Origin: Chrysomallon squamiferum
Lineage: Eukaryota; Animalia; Mollusca
Length of the DNA stretch: 64,000 nt
NCBI GenBank assembly: GCA_012295275.1
Contig: CM022670.1
Coordinates: 25,358,001-25,422,000, forward strand
Direction of reading: 5' to 3'
Each line of letters opens with the position of its first letter. Within the stretch, counting starts at the first letter, position 1. The notes below the pieces were generated by a model. The model was given only the letters and a program-made list of their open reading frames with translations. It did not search any database and was not told the DNA's origin. The position numbers and the translations under genes are program-made. Below are positions 13,238 to 26,433 of this stretch, piece after piece.

Positions 13238-15760
13238 CTCTGCCTGTAAGCACTTGTATTGTTAGAATGCCTAAATAATAATGGAATGATTGCTTTGCTT
13301 GAGAACTTCTGAACTGCTACATTCATTATATAAATGTGCTATTTTTTTTACCACAAACTGTACAATGTTAACTGATAATTAGATGATGCAATGTAATCTG
13401 TGACCCTTTGTTATTTTTATTGTTGTCTTGATGAAAGTTGAATTTTTACAAATCTCAAAGTTTTGAACTTGGCATCATATTGAAGAATTTTTTCTCTAAA
13501 AATATTCAACAAGAAAATACTTAATTTATTTATTTTTATTTTTATTGTACTTGATCACTTCAGTTCACATTACTTCAATTTTTTGTTTGTTTTTATTATC
13601 ATTATATTACCAGTTTTAATATTATAAGACATTCTTGTATATTCTTCTTTTTTTTTTTTCTCTCTTTTTTAGTTTCAATGTTTTTAAGACCTTGATGTTT
13701 GGAATCACTCGTGTAAAAAGAGGTATTAGTCATTTGTAACAAATGTCATCAGATGAACAAAGTGAATATTGAATCCATACCCAAAACATAAATCCTCGAT
13801 ATCAAGGAAGGTCATCGAATGTGTTAATAAAAACAATATATATGTGACATTCAGATAGTGAGTGGAGAGAATTCTGGATGTTACCAACAACAACCAGAGA
13901 TTTCAATACATTTTTCTTTAAATTGACGGTTATAAAATTCCACCCACAATCGTATCTGTGATAGATAATCTCTTCTTTTGTTTTTCCTTGATCAGTGGAT
14001 AACAGTACCCTCGGAAATGTCTCAAATAATTTATACAGTTGTGATATCTTTTTGTGTCAGTCTCAGATCTTAGTCTTTATTCAAGGTGACATTAAAAAAT
14101 ACAAATCTGGGATTTAGCAAATCATTGATAATGTCTTCTCGTTTTATTTTAATATTTGTTTTTAAGGTGAATATTTTTAAATGTTCAATAATGATATGTT
14201 TGATGTTTCAGACTAAACTATCAATAAATCAGATTAAAATTAAGATTAAAAAAAAGCGACCCATCTTGCATGTCTGATGAAAGATGTGGGCACCAAACTG
14301 ATCTCAGTGAATCAACAATCAGTACTAGCCAGCATTGTGAGACACACATAGTTACTTTATTTAAATTTGTCAAACCATTTAAAGTTGCTGGTGATGCAAG
14401 GCATCCTGTGCAGCTTTGCATTTGATCTCAATTAATTCTAGTCTCTCAGCACAGATGATTGCCAATGGTAAAAAGCTGAAAATAATCCAAAAACTTTTGT
14501 ATAGCTGTTCTGGAATTTCAAGAACAGTTGTCACACATTTTTTCACCATCAGTTACTTTGGGAACCTATTAAACCTACAGTGTAGCAAAAGAATGGAATA
14601 AGTAAAAGTTACTATTAAGATTAATCAGGTTTGTTGATAGTTCAATTTGAAACATTAAACATTATGCATAATATTTAATACATTTGACCATAAGTTTTAA
14701 TATGATTATGAATTTTTGAAAGCACAAAAATAATAACTACTCAAAGTACAACTGATGCTTTGAAAATCAGTATTAATGTTAAAATTACTGTTACATTTAT
14801 TAATTTTTATTTTAGAATCTGTGCAATATGTTATATCTGTACTTAAACGTATGTAAAAATATTGATTGTGCCACACATTGTATATATTCATAAAGTAATA
14901 ACTATTTTTCTTGACTTTTTATCATTTTAATTTAATAAGTATTTCTGTTTTGTAGTTTATGGATGGATATGTGATTAACAGTTGTGTTCAGATAATTCTA
15001 CTGTAAATGTATACTTGTTAAGTGTTCACAGTTTTTAATATATTGACATCAAATAAAATTCATGCTAAAATTGTTTGGGTTTATTTGTTTTTTTTGTTTT
15101 TTTTTAAATTTTGAGGGGGCAGGTTGTTCGTTTTTTATTTTTTAAATTACTTTAATCTACAGGTAGGAAGTTTTTTAATGTATAAATGTACTGATAACAG
15201 AGTTTGGGTATCATCACATATTATATAAACAGTGCTTGGAGCATATGTGCACATTATGTTATCATTTTTGTTGTCATTTCTATGATGGAGGAGCACTGGT
15301 GTTGTAATAGCATTAATTAAATGTCATACTTGTTATAAATTAAGATAAACAGCTTTTACAAAAATAAAATAACATTGATGAATGAAACCGTTTATTTGTA
15401 CCCTCACAGGAACACTTTAAGATGAAGATGCAAGTTTTCCTTTTTTTCTCTATATAATTAATTTTATTTGCATTACTTTTGTGTTAAATATGCAGAGTGC
15501 AAAAAGTTATTTACAAAGTTAAGACTTAGTAATCCTAACCGACCAATAAAAATAAATAAATAAATAAATAACCATATGTGAATGTAGACGAAGTCGATTC
15601 AAATGAAAGTTCATTCAGTATTATTTAATATTACAGTTATTACATACTGGATATAAATAATAATTATTAATAATAAGTTCATTGAAATAACTCAGTGCAT
15701 TTAAGTCTGTATTATTATGAGCTATATATAATACAGACATCATACAGATATGCAATGTAT

Positions 15761-18075
15761 TTAATATAGTTTGTTATTTTTAAACTCAGCTGAGTGGCGT
15801 TCTAATAGAACTTCCATTGTACCTTCCCAATCCAAATTCTGAGCTCCAGAGGTACGAATAGTTGTTCTCAGTACCTGTTTTAACAAAGATTAAAAGACGC
15901 ATAATGTTTTATATAACCAGTACCAAGGTTACATTCATAATGTCAAAAGTCATCCCTATACGGATTATATACAACATGACGAGCTCAATAATTTTAACTA
16001 CTGATATGTTTTTACTTCTGAAATCTAAACACCTGCTATGTAACACGAAGGTCCTAGATATGGAGATTTCCCTTAAAACATTAACATTCCAAAAATAACA
16101 TGTACTATTATTTCAGTGGGACTTCTTATAATTTCAGATGTAAAGCAAATAGAACGTACTTACGTGTTTAATAGCTTGTTGAAGACGAACATACATGGTG
16201 AAGAGGCAATAGTAAAATACGACAAGATTATCGTAATAAACTATATTTCAAGTTTTCTGTCTTTTATAGACATTACGTTTGCATTATTTGTCATATTATT
16301 GATGTTTAATGAATGTTACTTTTATTACAATGAATTGATAAAACTACTATTTCTAATATCTTTATAATATTATAATTCAAAGACATTACTATATTTTCAG
16401 ATCCATGCCATATGATAGTAAAATAGGAAACTAAACGTTCCAGTAATGGAATAGTCTATTTCCGTCCACTAAACAACAAGCCAATAAGAACCAACTTCCC
16501 ATTATAAGCATAGACAGTTTATTCTTTTTTCTTTTTTTTTAATTAATTATAGCGATTGTAGAAATTAAATTGCTGTTACACAGACTTGTTTAATGTCTAG
16601 ATTACATACATGAAACGTGGCCGTTTTGTCTTTGGTAGGCGAACATTTAAAATGATTGGAAAAACAGCATCCATCGCATCTTTCAACACGAGTACATTTG
16701 GGCCAGTAAATAACATTGTGATCACCAGGTTTTCTTGGAATTTCAACTGAAGTCATTCGAGGGCTGCATTCATCAGGGGCGGCTATATCGAGACCTGTAT
16801 GTCATAAATAATATTTTAAAAATCATCTTACTTGTAGTGTTATATATTTTAATTTTACATATCATATGCAATTTCTTATGATTTGGATATTGAGAGTATT
16901 TCAGAAACAGTTATTTAATGTCTTTAAATACACAGAGATTGCTTAAGGACACTTCTTCCTAGATCATCTCACGGGTGCTCTGTGGAATTGGTGTCTGGCG
17001 ACGTGTTCACACGTTGCTGGGTTAGAATTGCAGTATACATCCTGACATCATGCATGCCACGTGCTGTCTAACGGTCATTTGGTGAGAGGAGTAAGATTAT
17101 CAAAGTATATTTTATTGGCGTCATTTATTGGGTTTTCGAAGATGTGCTCTTACGAGGATAGTCTAGTGAAATATTAAATATTTGTATGCCGTACAACTGA
17201 AAACATGTTTTTGGGCCGTGAAAACACTCCGCAAAAGAGATTTGCGGCTTTGCTAAAAAAAAAAAAAATATATGTAAATACAGTCTGTAGAGTAGTGTGA
17301 GGCATTGGCTTCGATTAGTTTGAAATGGCATACTAAGAAATAAATATTAAAAATTTCAGAATGCATACCTTCTTTTTTGACACGTTAACTAATACATCTC
17401 TTGTTTACAAAAGTGGGAATTATTTTTGTCTTCTAAGTCGTCTATTGTGCAAAGAACTGATTTTTTTTGTTTTTCTGCAACTACATCGTAAAAATACATA
17501 TATAGAAATATGTAAGTAAAAGCCAATTACTTACTCCTACGAACATACAAACGTTCGCCATTGTCATCATTTGTTGATATGTTCAAATAGACTGGAAAGA
17601 AACAATTTAATAACAAGTAAACAATAACAAATTTATTAATTATTTAATGTCCTAAACATATTAAATAAATCACTGAAAGCACTAGTATCGGAGAACAATG
17701 AAACGTACGTTTTTGTTTTATCATATTTGTATTCCCTTTCTTTGTATATGTTAATTGCACGGGGACGAAGTGTGGCTCGAGTCTCTTCAGTGGCCATGTT
17801 TCCCAGACTCGTATTACGTAAAAGTGTCTCGCGAATGTTAGATGTTTTCCACTGACATAAAATGAAGCTCTGTGTCCACAGGAGAAAGTATCTGACCCTC
17901 TGTGTGATGGAAAAAGCAATTTAATGCTCGATGTGGATTTGATGACTTAACTAAACTTTCACAGACATTCAAAATTAAACAGTGTATTCTCTGCCTTTTA
18001 CCTTTATTGTCATGCGGCAACCAGCAGTTAATCTAAAGATAACGTTGGTCTAGTAAAAATGAAGTTGAAAATCCA

Positions 18076-18114
<39 letters not shown>

Positions 18115-19170
18115 TAATTCAGTGTAAATCATCATCAGTATTGTCATTGCCTGATGCATTTTTATATAAAAACGATATGTAAGAAATTGCACGATTTCAT
18201 GTGATTAATTAAAAACTGATAGACGGAGAAAAGACTAGCCTGATGTTAATATAGCATCTTCGTATTTGAAATTTGTTGCTTTGTATCGAAATCTATACTT
18301 AATTGAAATTAACTGTGAGAATGAAGGGGGAATAGCGACCATCTTCAGTGCTGATGCAGAGGAAACGAGCAATTCAATTTTAGAACCTCATTTCTTTTTT
18401 TTTCTGTATCGGCTTTTCTATCAGTCTGCAAATATACTTTTCATCTTCATCTGTTAACATTTTAAGGTTTGTGATTACTTGTTGACACTATCTTTTTCTT
18501 GTATCTGGAGATCAACACTGATTCAGAACAACAGGATAAAACCGAATACATATCTTTATTTTTGAGGATGTTTCTCGTGAATCGTAATTGATTGTTCTTG
18601 AAAATAGCTGAGAAAATGAATCAGGCAGAAATGTAATTGCCCACATACAGAAGAGAAATGCATACAATAAATAAATAAATAAATAATAATAATTTCAAAA
18701 TTGTTATGCACCATAAAGGATAAACAAAATTAATGAAATACAATATTAATATTAGGGCAAGTTGGTTTTAGTTTCTGTCTGTGGATTCTACGTTCATAAA
18801 GTCATTAGTAAAATTCTAATAAGCGATATCTCTATATAATTAATATTTAGCTGTAACATTATTACTGGTTTGATCAATAACAACTGCAGTATTAACCAAT
18901 ATGGTATACATTAATCGTCCATACAGACTATGTTGTTGTTGTTGTCATTCCTTTCTCTTTTACTCACAATATATATCAATGCATTATCAAACAGGTTCAT
19001 TTTTGAATTCTCGAATGTTTAGAAAATAAAACAAGCTTCATACTGTCACTCAGATGAACTTGTCTTCCGTTGTTTTTAACGTTTTGAAGAAATTCTTCAA
19101 CAGTTTTCGCAAATGTCAAATTCCTCAGCAGGGGTGCCTGACCATTTACTACAGCAAGCTATACAAATGA

Positions 19171-19227
<57 letters not shown>

Positions 19228-19390
19228 AATAAATAAACAAAAAGATTGAAAAGAAAGAAAATACTAAATTTTGCATTTCAATATTTAATTCAAATAATGT
19301 AACGTAATTCAAATATGGCAGTCTTTGACAACGATTGGTGTCACATACATATGCAATAAGCATGTACACATGAATAGTAGATACGAACAT
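15761..19390 (-). CDS. PDGF/VEGF-family ligand, paralog A (short, ~170 aa, C-terminally truncated)
   Basis: Exons: 19390-19349 (MFVSTIHVYMLIAY, putative), 19158-19044 (LAVVNGQAPLLRNLTFAKTVEEFLQNV), 17591-17535 (YLNISTNDDNGERLYVRR), 16794-16610 (ECSPRMTSVEIP...YWPKCTRVERCDGCCFSNHFKCSP), 15874-15761 (VLRTTIRTSGAQNLDWEGTMEVLLERHSAEFKNNKLY*). Has the P-x-C-x4-R-C-x-G-C-C PDGF/VEGF signature. Exon sizes 115/57/185 match paralog B. Confidence 0.82.
16955..17230 (-). mobile_element. Tc1/mariner transposase relic in an intron of PDGF/VEGF paralog A
   Basis: The minus strand at ~16955-17002 translates to SPDTNSTEHP*DDLGR, a decayed SPDLNPIEHLW motif. Shares AAAACATGTTTTTGG with the equivalent intron of paralog B. 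Confidence 0.5.
19172..19236. repeat. (TAA)n/(TAAA)n microsatellite
   Basis: Seen directly; it abuts the acceptor of paralog A coding exon 2. Confidence 0.95.
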
Positions 19391-20219
19391 ATTCTGAGTT
19401 GTCAAACACAACACTTAAATAAGCCTGGCACAGACGCAACTGTTTTAACCGTTCGAAGGAAAACGTATAAAACAGCATATAGCTACAAAACAATATATTA
19501 AATTTAAAAATGTAATGAAAATGTACAATTTGTAGACTTCCACTTCTGAGCTATATTCATAAATAAACCGCAATATAACTATATATAAAAAAAAATATAT
19601 ATATAATAAAAACAAATAAAAAATAGAAACTACAGCATATTCATTACCAATATTATTTTGTTGGGGAAGCAGATAATTGAAAACTTCAGTTTCAAAAGAT
19701 AACAATGGCTACATTATTTTCAATGTATGCCTTCTTTTTATTAGTATTCTTATATTTTTTCATTAGTTTGATAGAATAACGTTTGGTTTTTATTGTGTTA
19801 TTGCTAATTTTTTATCTTCTATTACTACTACTACTACGACGACGACTGTTACCATTCATACTAATATTGCTACTTCTATTGCGAGCATTCATATTGTTTA
19901 TGTTCTGATAACAATATGAAGCAAATTAAAGAGAACGAGAGAGAAGTATAGATATAAAGACACTAACAATTAAAAGGACTCCAGGAAATAAACATACCTA
20001 CTTTTAGTTGTGTGTAAGGAGACTGTGCTAAGAAACGAATTCAAATACCTTCACGTCTAAAGTTTGATGATTTAACTACAGCGGCAAGCTGGCTGCTGCT
20101 ATACTTTTAATTTTGATAATCTCCAGGAAAAGTACAACAAATGACTGAGAACTGACTCAAACTGCAAGGTTACACTCGTGTAAATGTAAACAAGGTAGAT
20201 TCAAATCAGTAAATTTATA

Positions 20220-20239
20220 ATTATTATTATTATTATTAT

Positions 20240-20318
<79 letters not shown>

Positions 20319-20350
20319 GGTGGTGGTACTAGAAGTAGTAGTAGTAGAAG
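20220..20350. repeat. Compound (TTA)n(GTA)n(GTG)n microsatellite
   Basis: Seen directly. Confidence 0.95.
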
Positions 20351-21276
20351 TATTTAATAGAATTTATGATGGATTTTTAAATTTGAAATGCTTAGCAAAT
20401 ATAGTAAATTTCAACAAACATTATATTATTGCTGTGAAAAAATAGTTATTACAGAATAAGGCTCATTCAGACGGAAAGAGGAGCATCTTAACAACTTTCA
20501 GCCGTTATTTCGAAACCTATTTCGGAGGTTCTTACGATATTTCGTCTGAAATGAAATATTCATCGACAGTACACGTTTTGCAACAGTCGGCGCAATTTTG
20601 TTTTATATCACGATAACGATAAATTAGATTCTTTACAATTATACAAGCATAGAAACCAGTGTTTTCTTTTATTATTAAACCATTATTCATCATATCTGAG
20701 ATATAAATTTAAAGACCATGCAATTTTTGAAAAAAAAAAAAATACGACTGTAAAAAGCGTCGATTAATTTTGTTTCTGACGGAATCGTTTCCCAGAACTA
20801 AATAAGACGTCAATAACTGACACAGTTGCGGCTTGAGCAGGGCAGAGTATTTCACCCACTGATTGTAGTTTCAAAACGACAACATTTCTGTAAGTTAAAC
20901 ATTTCAATATAAACTGAAAATTGCTTGTTCTCTCACACTGTTTACAGTATTATAAGATTTAACTTCAAAATAATATTCTTCGAGAAATATATTTTCACGA
21001 AACTCTTGGTTATATGTGTTTGTGTGTTGAAGAGAGTGTGCATGTGTATGGGAATGTGTGTTGAAGAGTGGGTATGCATGCGAATATGAAAGGAGGAGAG
21101 GTACATACGTGGGTGTTTAAGAAAGTGTTGGGTAGGCCTATATATGGTTTCTGTGCTAGAGACAGAACGGTACGTACGTGTGTATGAGTGTGTGCGAAAG
21201 ACAGAATGTATTTGAGTTAGGATGGGTGTGTAGGCTAATGTGAAAGAAGTTGGGGGAATTAATAATAATTAAATCA

Positions 21277-21279
<3 letters not shown>

Positions 21280-21310
<31 letters not shown>

Positions 21311-21410
21311 TATTATTATTATTATTATTATTATTTTGTTTTTTTTATTTATTGTTTATTTTTGTTTTGTTTTTATTTTGTTTTTGTTGTTATTGTTTTA
21401 TTATTTTATT

Positions 21411-21464
<54 letters not shown>

Positions 21465-21470
21465 TTTTTT
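21280..21470. repeat. (TTA)n/(TTTA)n low-complexity tract
   Basis: Seen directly; source of the spurious poly-Y/L ORFs. Confidence 0.9.
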
Positions 21471-23166
21471 GTTTTTGTTAAAGTATACTTAATATTTTAT
21501 TTAAGGTGTTGTATTTATAATTATTTACTTTTTGAAATTGCCGTCTAGAATTCTTTTATGAAACTTGGCACATACATTTATTATCTTCAAATATCCGATT
21601 TCTTTTATTTTGATGAACCGTATAAATCTGCGTCGAAATTGTTTTAATATTTTTTATATTTAGGCCGATGCTTCTAAATCTGTTTATGGCACAAGAACTC
21701 TACTTATAATGTGTGGCATTAAAGAAATATATTTTTTTGTGCATCGTATTGAATTCAATGATTAAGCAACATGTATTTCGTTCATAATTTAGGACTGAGA
21801 TAATTTGATAAGTAATGATAATGATTCACGAAATAAATAAGTATATTTATTTTTCGTTTAATTATCTGTCATCTTTATTAAAATAAGAAATTGTAATGTA
21901 AATCAGAAATGGATAGATATACAAATGAATTAATAATTAAATGAGTGAAAAGAAAGGGAAAAGGTAAAAGAAAAATAGATATTAATGTTAATTTTATAAT
22001 TTCTTCATATAAAGAAATAAGAAATGTAGATAAATCTTATTAATGAGTTACGAAATGAATAGTATTCACTTTTCTTGTTTCAAACTAAACTGGATATAGA
22101 CTGTATAACTTTAAATACTTGATAATTACTTGTAAATGATATAAAAATTCATAGAAAATAAAATAAATAAAAACTACTATCTAATTATATACACATTAAA
22201 AACTGAACATGTAAATAAATAAATAAACAAATAAATAAAAAAATAAGTAAATAAGGAAGTATGTAAGTAGGGAAATGAATGAATTGAATGAATATATAAA
22301 TAAATAAAATGAATAAATAAATAAATAAGTTAATGAATAAAGAAATAAAGAAATATTTTCAAATATTTTCAAATGATTTCTTTGTGTCATATACTTTGAA
22401 CCAAATTTGGATAAGTATCATTCCTCACCAAGTAATCTTTAACAAATATGTTTCATAGTTGAAACAAAGTAAGAATTTTTTGTACCTAAAATGCAGCGAC
22501 AAGGAGTCACCTGGTGAGTGATGACACCCCCACCTCAGTGTGGCTAATACGGGAACTCATATTTGAAAATGAGCTACAGGGGGACTGTTCACCTTAGGTA
22601 CAGAACAAAATATCTAAAATATAAATGTAAAATTTAACCCAACATATTTTCCACAGAATATTAAAAATTTAGCTTAATGTAGTGTTATCATTAAAAGTCC
22701 ATATAAAGAATTGAAAACATTTCTAGGTTATGTGAGAAATGTGAGCTGGGTAAACAAAGGTGATGACTTTTTTTTGTCTTACATAAAGAGTCATTCGTGA
22801 ATGTATCGATATCTACCTTTATGTTTATTTCAGATATTTTACGTATCTTATTCAATTTAAAATAGCTGCATTAAAGTATTATATACGTTTGTTGTTTTGT
22901 TTTTGTTTGTTTTGTTGTTGTTTTTTCACTTTCTGTTTTGTATCATTTCTACCGACGAAAAGAATATAAACTTTAACAACATTCGTCATTTATATTTTTA
23001 TTTTTTATTAATTTTTTATTAATTTTTTATTTTATTATTCATTGGTCAGAAGTGATTTCATGCACACATAATTATATCAGTGAACACATGTTTCTTTTGT
23101 TACGCTTAGGATTCTTAAAGTTATGCAGTAACGAACATTATAGTTGTTAGGTCACCGTAAGCACTG

Positions 23167-26100
23167 TCACTTGTGGCCAGGGAAAAAGAATGGAGGTGTA
23201 CACAGACATACATTAGGATTTGTTGGATCAATACGTTTGCCAAAATTTGGAGGGCAAAACTGAGTAAGGCACGGATCTGCAGGTGGCTGTGTAGGTTGCG
23301 CTGTACTTGGTACTTCATTCTGAGAGTGATGCTGCAACAATGCTGCTTGGTCTGCAGAAATCTCGTCGTTGTCACTGGTGTAACTAATGCCTCCACCAGT
23401 ATTTAGTTCGCATCTGCAAATAAATCAGACTAGATGATAAAATTCACAAATATGAAACAGTTTGTTCTAACTGTTTTTTGAGAGAATTATAAAAATTCTT
23501 AACGAGCAATGGTTTGGAAATTTATTATTATTAAAACTAAGACAATAGACCTCTTACCGTATAAATAAATATTCTACATTGACGATTTAGTTTCTTCACT
23601 CATCAGCATTAATATAATGTAAGAATGTTATTTATTTATTTATTTATTTATTTATTTGTATTTCCTTGACAGAAGAAACTTGAAATAAGACGAATGATTC
23701 TTGTCTTACGTACAGGCATGTTAGCGGGTTGAACGTGGATGGTGAACAGTCACGAATTACACGGCATCTACAAGCACACTTGTCTTCGTCCCAAGTTTGA
23801 AGAGGCGTACATGGGTGAACGTGAGTGCACCGACATACGCAGTCTGCGTCGTTGAACGTCTGGTCACCAGTGCAGTCTGCAGCAGTCATTCTACAGACGG
23901 GAACACAAGCCAAGTGGCGTTCTAATACAACTGGCATGGGACCTTCCCATTCCAAATGAGGAGCCCCGGGATAAGGAATCCTTGTTTTCAGCACCTATTT
24001 TTTTACAAAGAATGAAAGAAATCGGTAAGTGTAACATTCTGAATATTCAGTTCATTAATCCCTATTCTGTTGTGCAATAACAGTTAACATATACAAATGA
24101 AGACCGAAGATGATAGCTTGATGGAGAGGGCAGCTAAACATTAATATTTCAAAGATAACTGTGCCGCTACTATTTCAATGGAACATGTCATAACTTTAGA
24201 AGGAAATGAAAGAGATCGTGCTTAGAAGTTTAATAACTTGATAATAATTCATGGTACAATATCAGTGGTTTATTATGAAGGGACTCTCTAACAGATCTAA
24301 ACTATAGAGAAGGAAATAATAAAATAAAATAAATAAACAAATCAATAGACTATCGGACTATAGAAAGATAAGGTCAGGGGTCAACATTTCTGACATCGGG
24401 CAGCTTTAAGATACAATTTACTGACAATTACCACGAACAATAAAAATTATTATTTTTTGATTAGTGAATAAAACAAATTACTTTTACTGCGTAAATAGTC
24501 AAACAAATTTCAAGCAATGTAGTAGTCTATTTAATTACACGATTCCAGCATAACTGAGTTTCGACTATAAGTACAGGTGGCCTCTTGTCTTTTAAACGAA
24601 CTGATATGTTATGGATAGAGATTGCTGTTACAAAGACTTATTCATTATTCAGGAAATACATACATGAAATTCGACATTTTCGACACTTGTAGGCGAACAT
24701 TTCAACATATTCGAAACACAGCATCCTCCACATCTTTCGATAGCAGTACATTTGGGCCAATAAATAACATTGTGATCACCAGGTCTTCTTGGAATTTCAA
24801 CTGTAACCGGCCGAGGGCTGCATTCGTCAGGACGGGCTAAACTTAGACCTGTTTGTGTCAGAAATATTAAATTTAAAAAAATCATCTTAATTATACATAT
24901 TTTTTAATTTATATAATCATATGTAATTTTTGTGTGAATTAAATACAGAGCGAATTTCAGAAAACAAAAGTGTTGCTTAGTGTATTTAAATACATGAAGA
25001 TTGCTTAAGGGTTGAAGAAACTAGCAATTTCATTTTGAAATTCAGAAATAAAAATGGATGAAGCAGTCGACGTCTCATGGTTCTCTTCAGAATCTCGACC
25101 AGGATGTTTCCCCACTTTTGTAAAAGGGTCTGCTGCAACTGTTCAAGGATCAATGGCTGTAATGTTCTCCTGAGGGCATGTATCCCTAGTATATTCAGCA
25201 AGTGTTCTATAGGATTGAAATCTAGCGTCAGTACTGGCTATAGTCAGAAATACGGTAGACACCTGGCAACATGTACGTCAACTGTCGAACAATGAAAACA
25301 TGTTTTTGGTCGTGACGGCACGCTGTCACGTGAAAAGATAAGCACGTGGAATGCGTGATACAGTGCGCCGTGTACGCATAATTGTTTCCATTATACCGAA
25401 AAAGCGTATGAAAAAAATTCACAAAATTTCAACGTGCATATATATATTTTCTGAGTCGTTAATTAATACATTTTTTTTTTCTTTATTATCTAATTCCTCT
25501 ATTGTGCAAGCAACTGAAATCCCAGGGGTAAAAAAACAAATTGTTTTTAGAAAAGGCAATTACTTACCACCACTAACATACAAATGTTCGTCATTGTCAC
25601 CAGCTGTTGAGGTATTCAAATAGACTGCAAAGAAATAATTTAATAAATAGTAGCCTAATAATAAATTTATTTATTGTTTAATGTATTTTTGGATTTATTA
25701 AATAAGTCACTGAAAATGCTTCTATTTTGTTATATTTGAATACAAATAAATAAATAAATAATATTTCAAAACGGCAATGCGTCGGAAAGGATAAACAAAA
25801 TTATTGAAATACATATCTAACATTATAAAAATTTATAGGGCACATATGCTTAAAATTCGACGATCATGGAGTCACTATTAAACTTTTAATAATCAACATC
25901 TCCGTATATGAACATTTTTTCTGTTTGATAGAGGACCACTACAGCACTAACTAACATAGCATGTATTAATCTTCGATACAGACTGTGAGGATTTAGTGGT
26001 GGTGTTGTTGTTGTCATTGTTATTTTGTTATTCCACAAAAACAAAAATCAATGCATTACCAATCAGGTTTATTTTTCAGTTTTTCGAATGTTTAGAAAAT

Positions 26101-26402
26101 AAAATAAGCTTCATACTGTCACTCAAATGAATTGGTCTTCCGTTGATTTTAACGTTCTGAAGAAATTCTTGAAGGGTTTTCGCATTTGTCAAATTCCTCA
26201 GTAGCGATGCCTCTCCATTTATTAGAGAAATCTGTAGCAGTAATAAAAATTAAAAACAAATAGTTAAATTGTGCATTTCAGTATCTCTAATACAAATAAC
26301 GTAAACGAAGTCGCTGTAACGGCTAACTTACTGAAGTAAATTCCTTATAAATATTCATTATACGCATTATACGGAATCCCTGTATACATATACATACATA
26401 CA

Positions 26403-26433
<31 letters not shown>

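Noticed and set aside
21250-21548. ORFs rich in Y/L/F/I (also 19097, 28322, 29316, 46341)
   Set aside because: They are translations of (TAA)n/(TTTA)n microsatellites.
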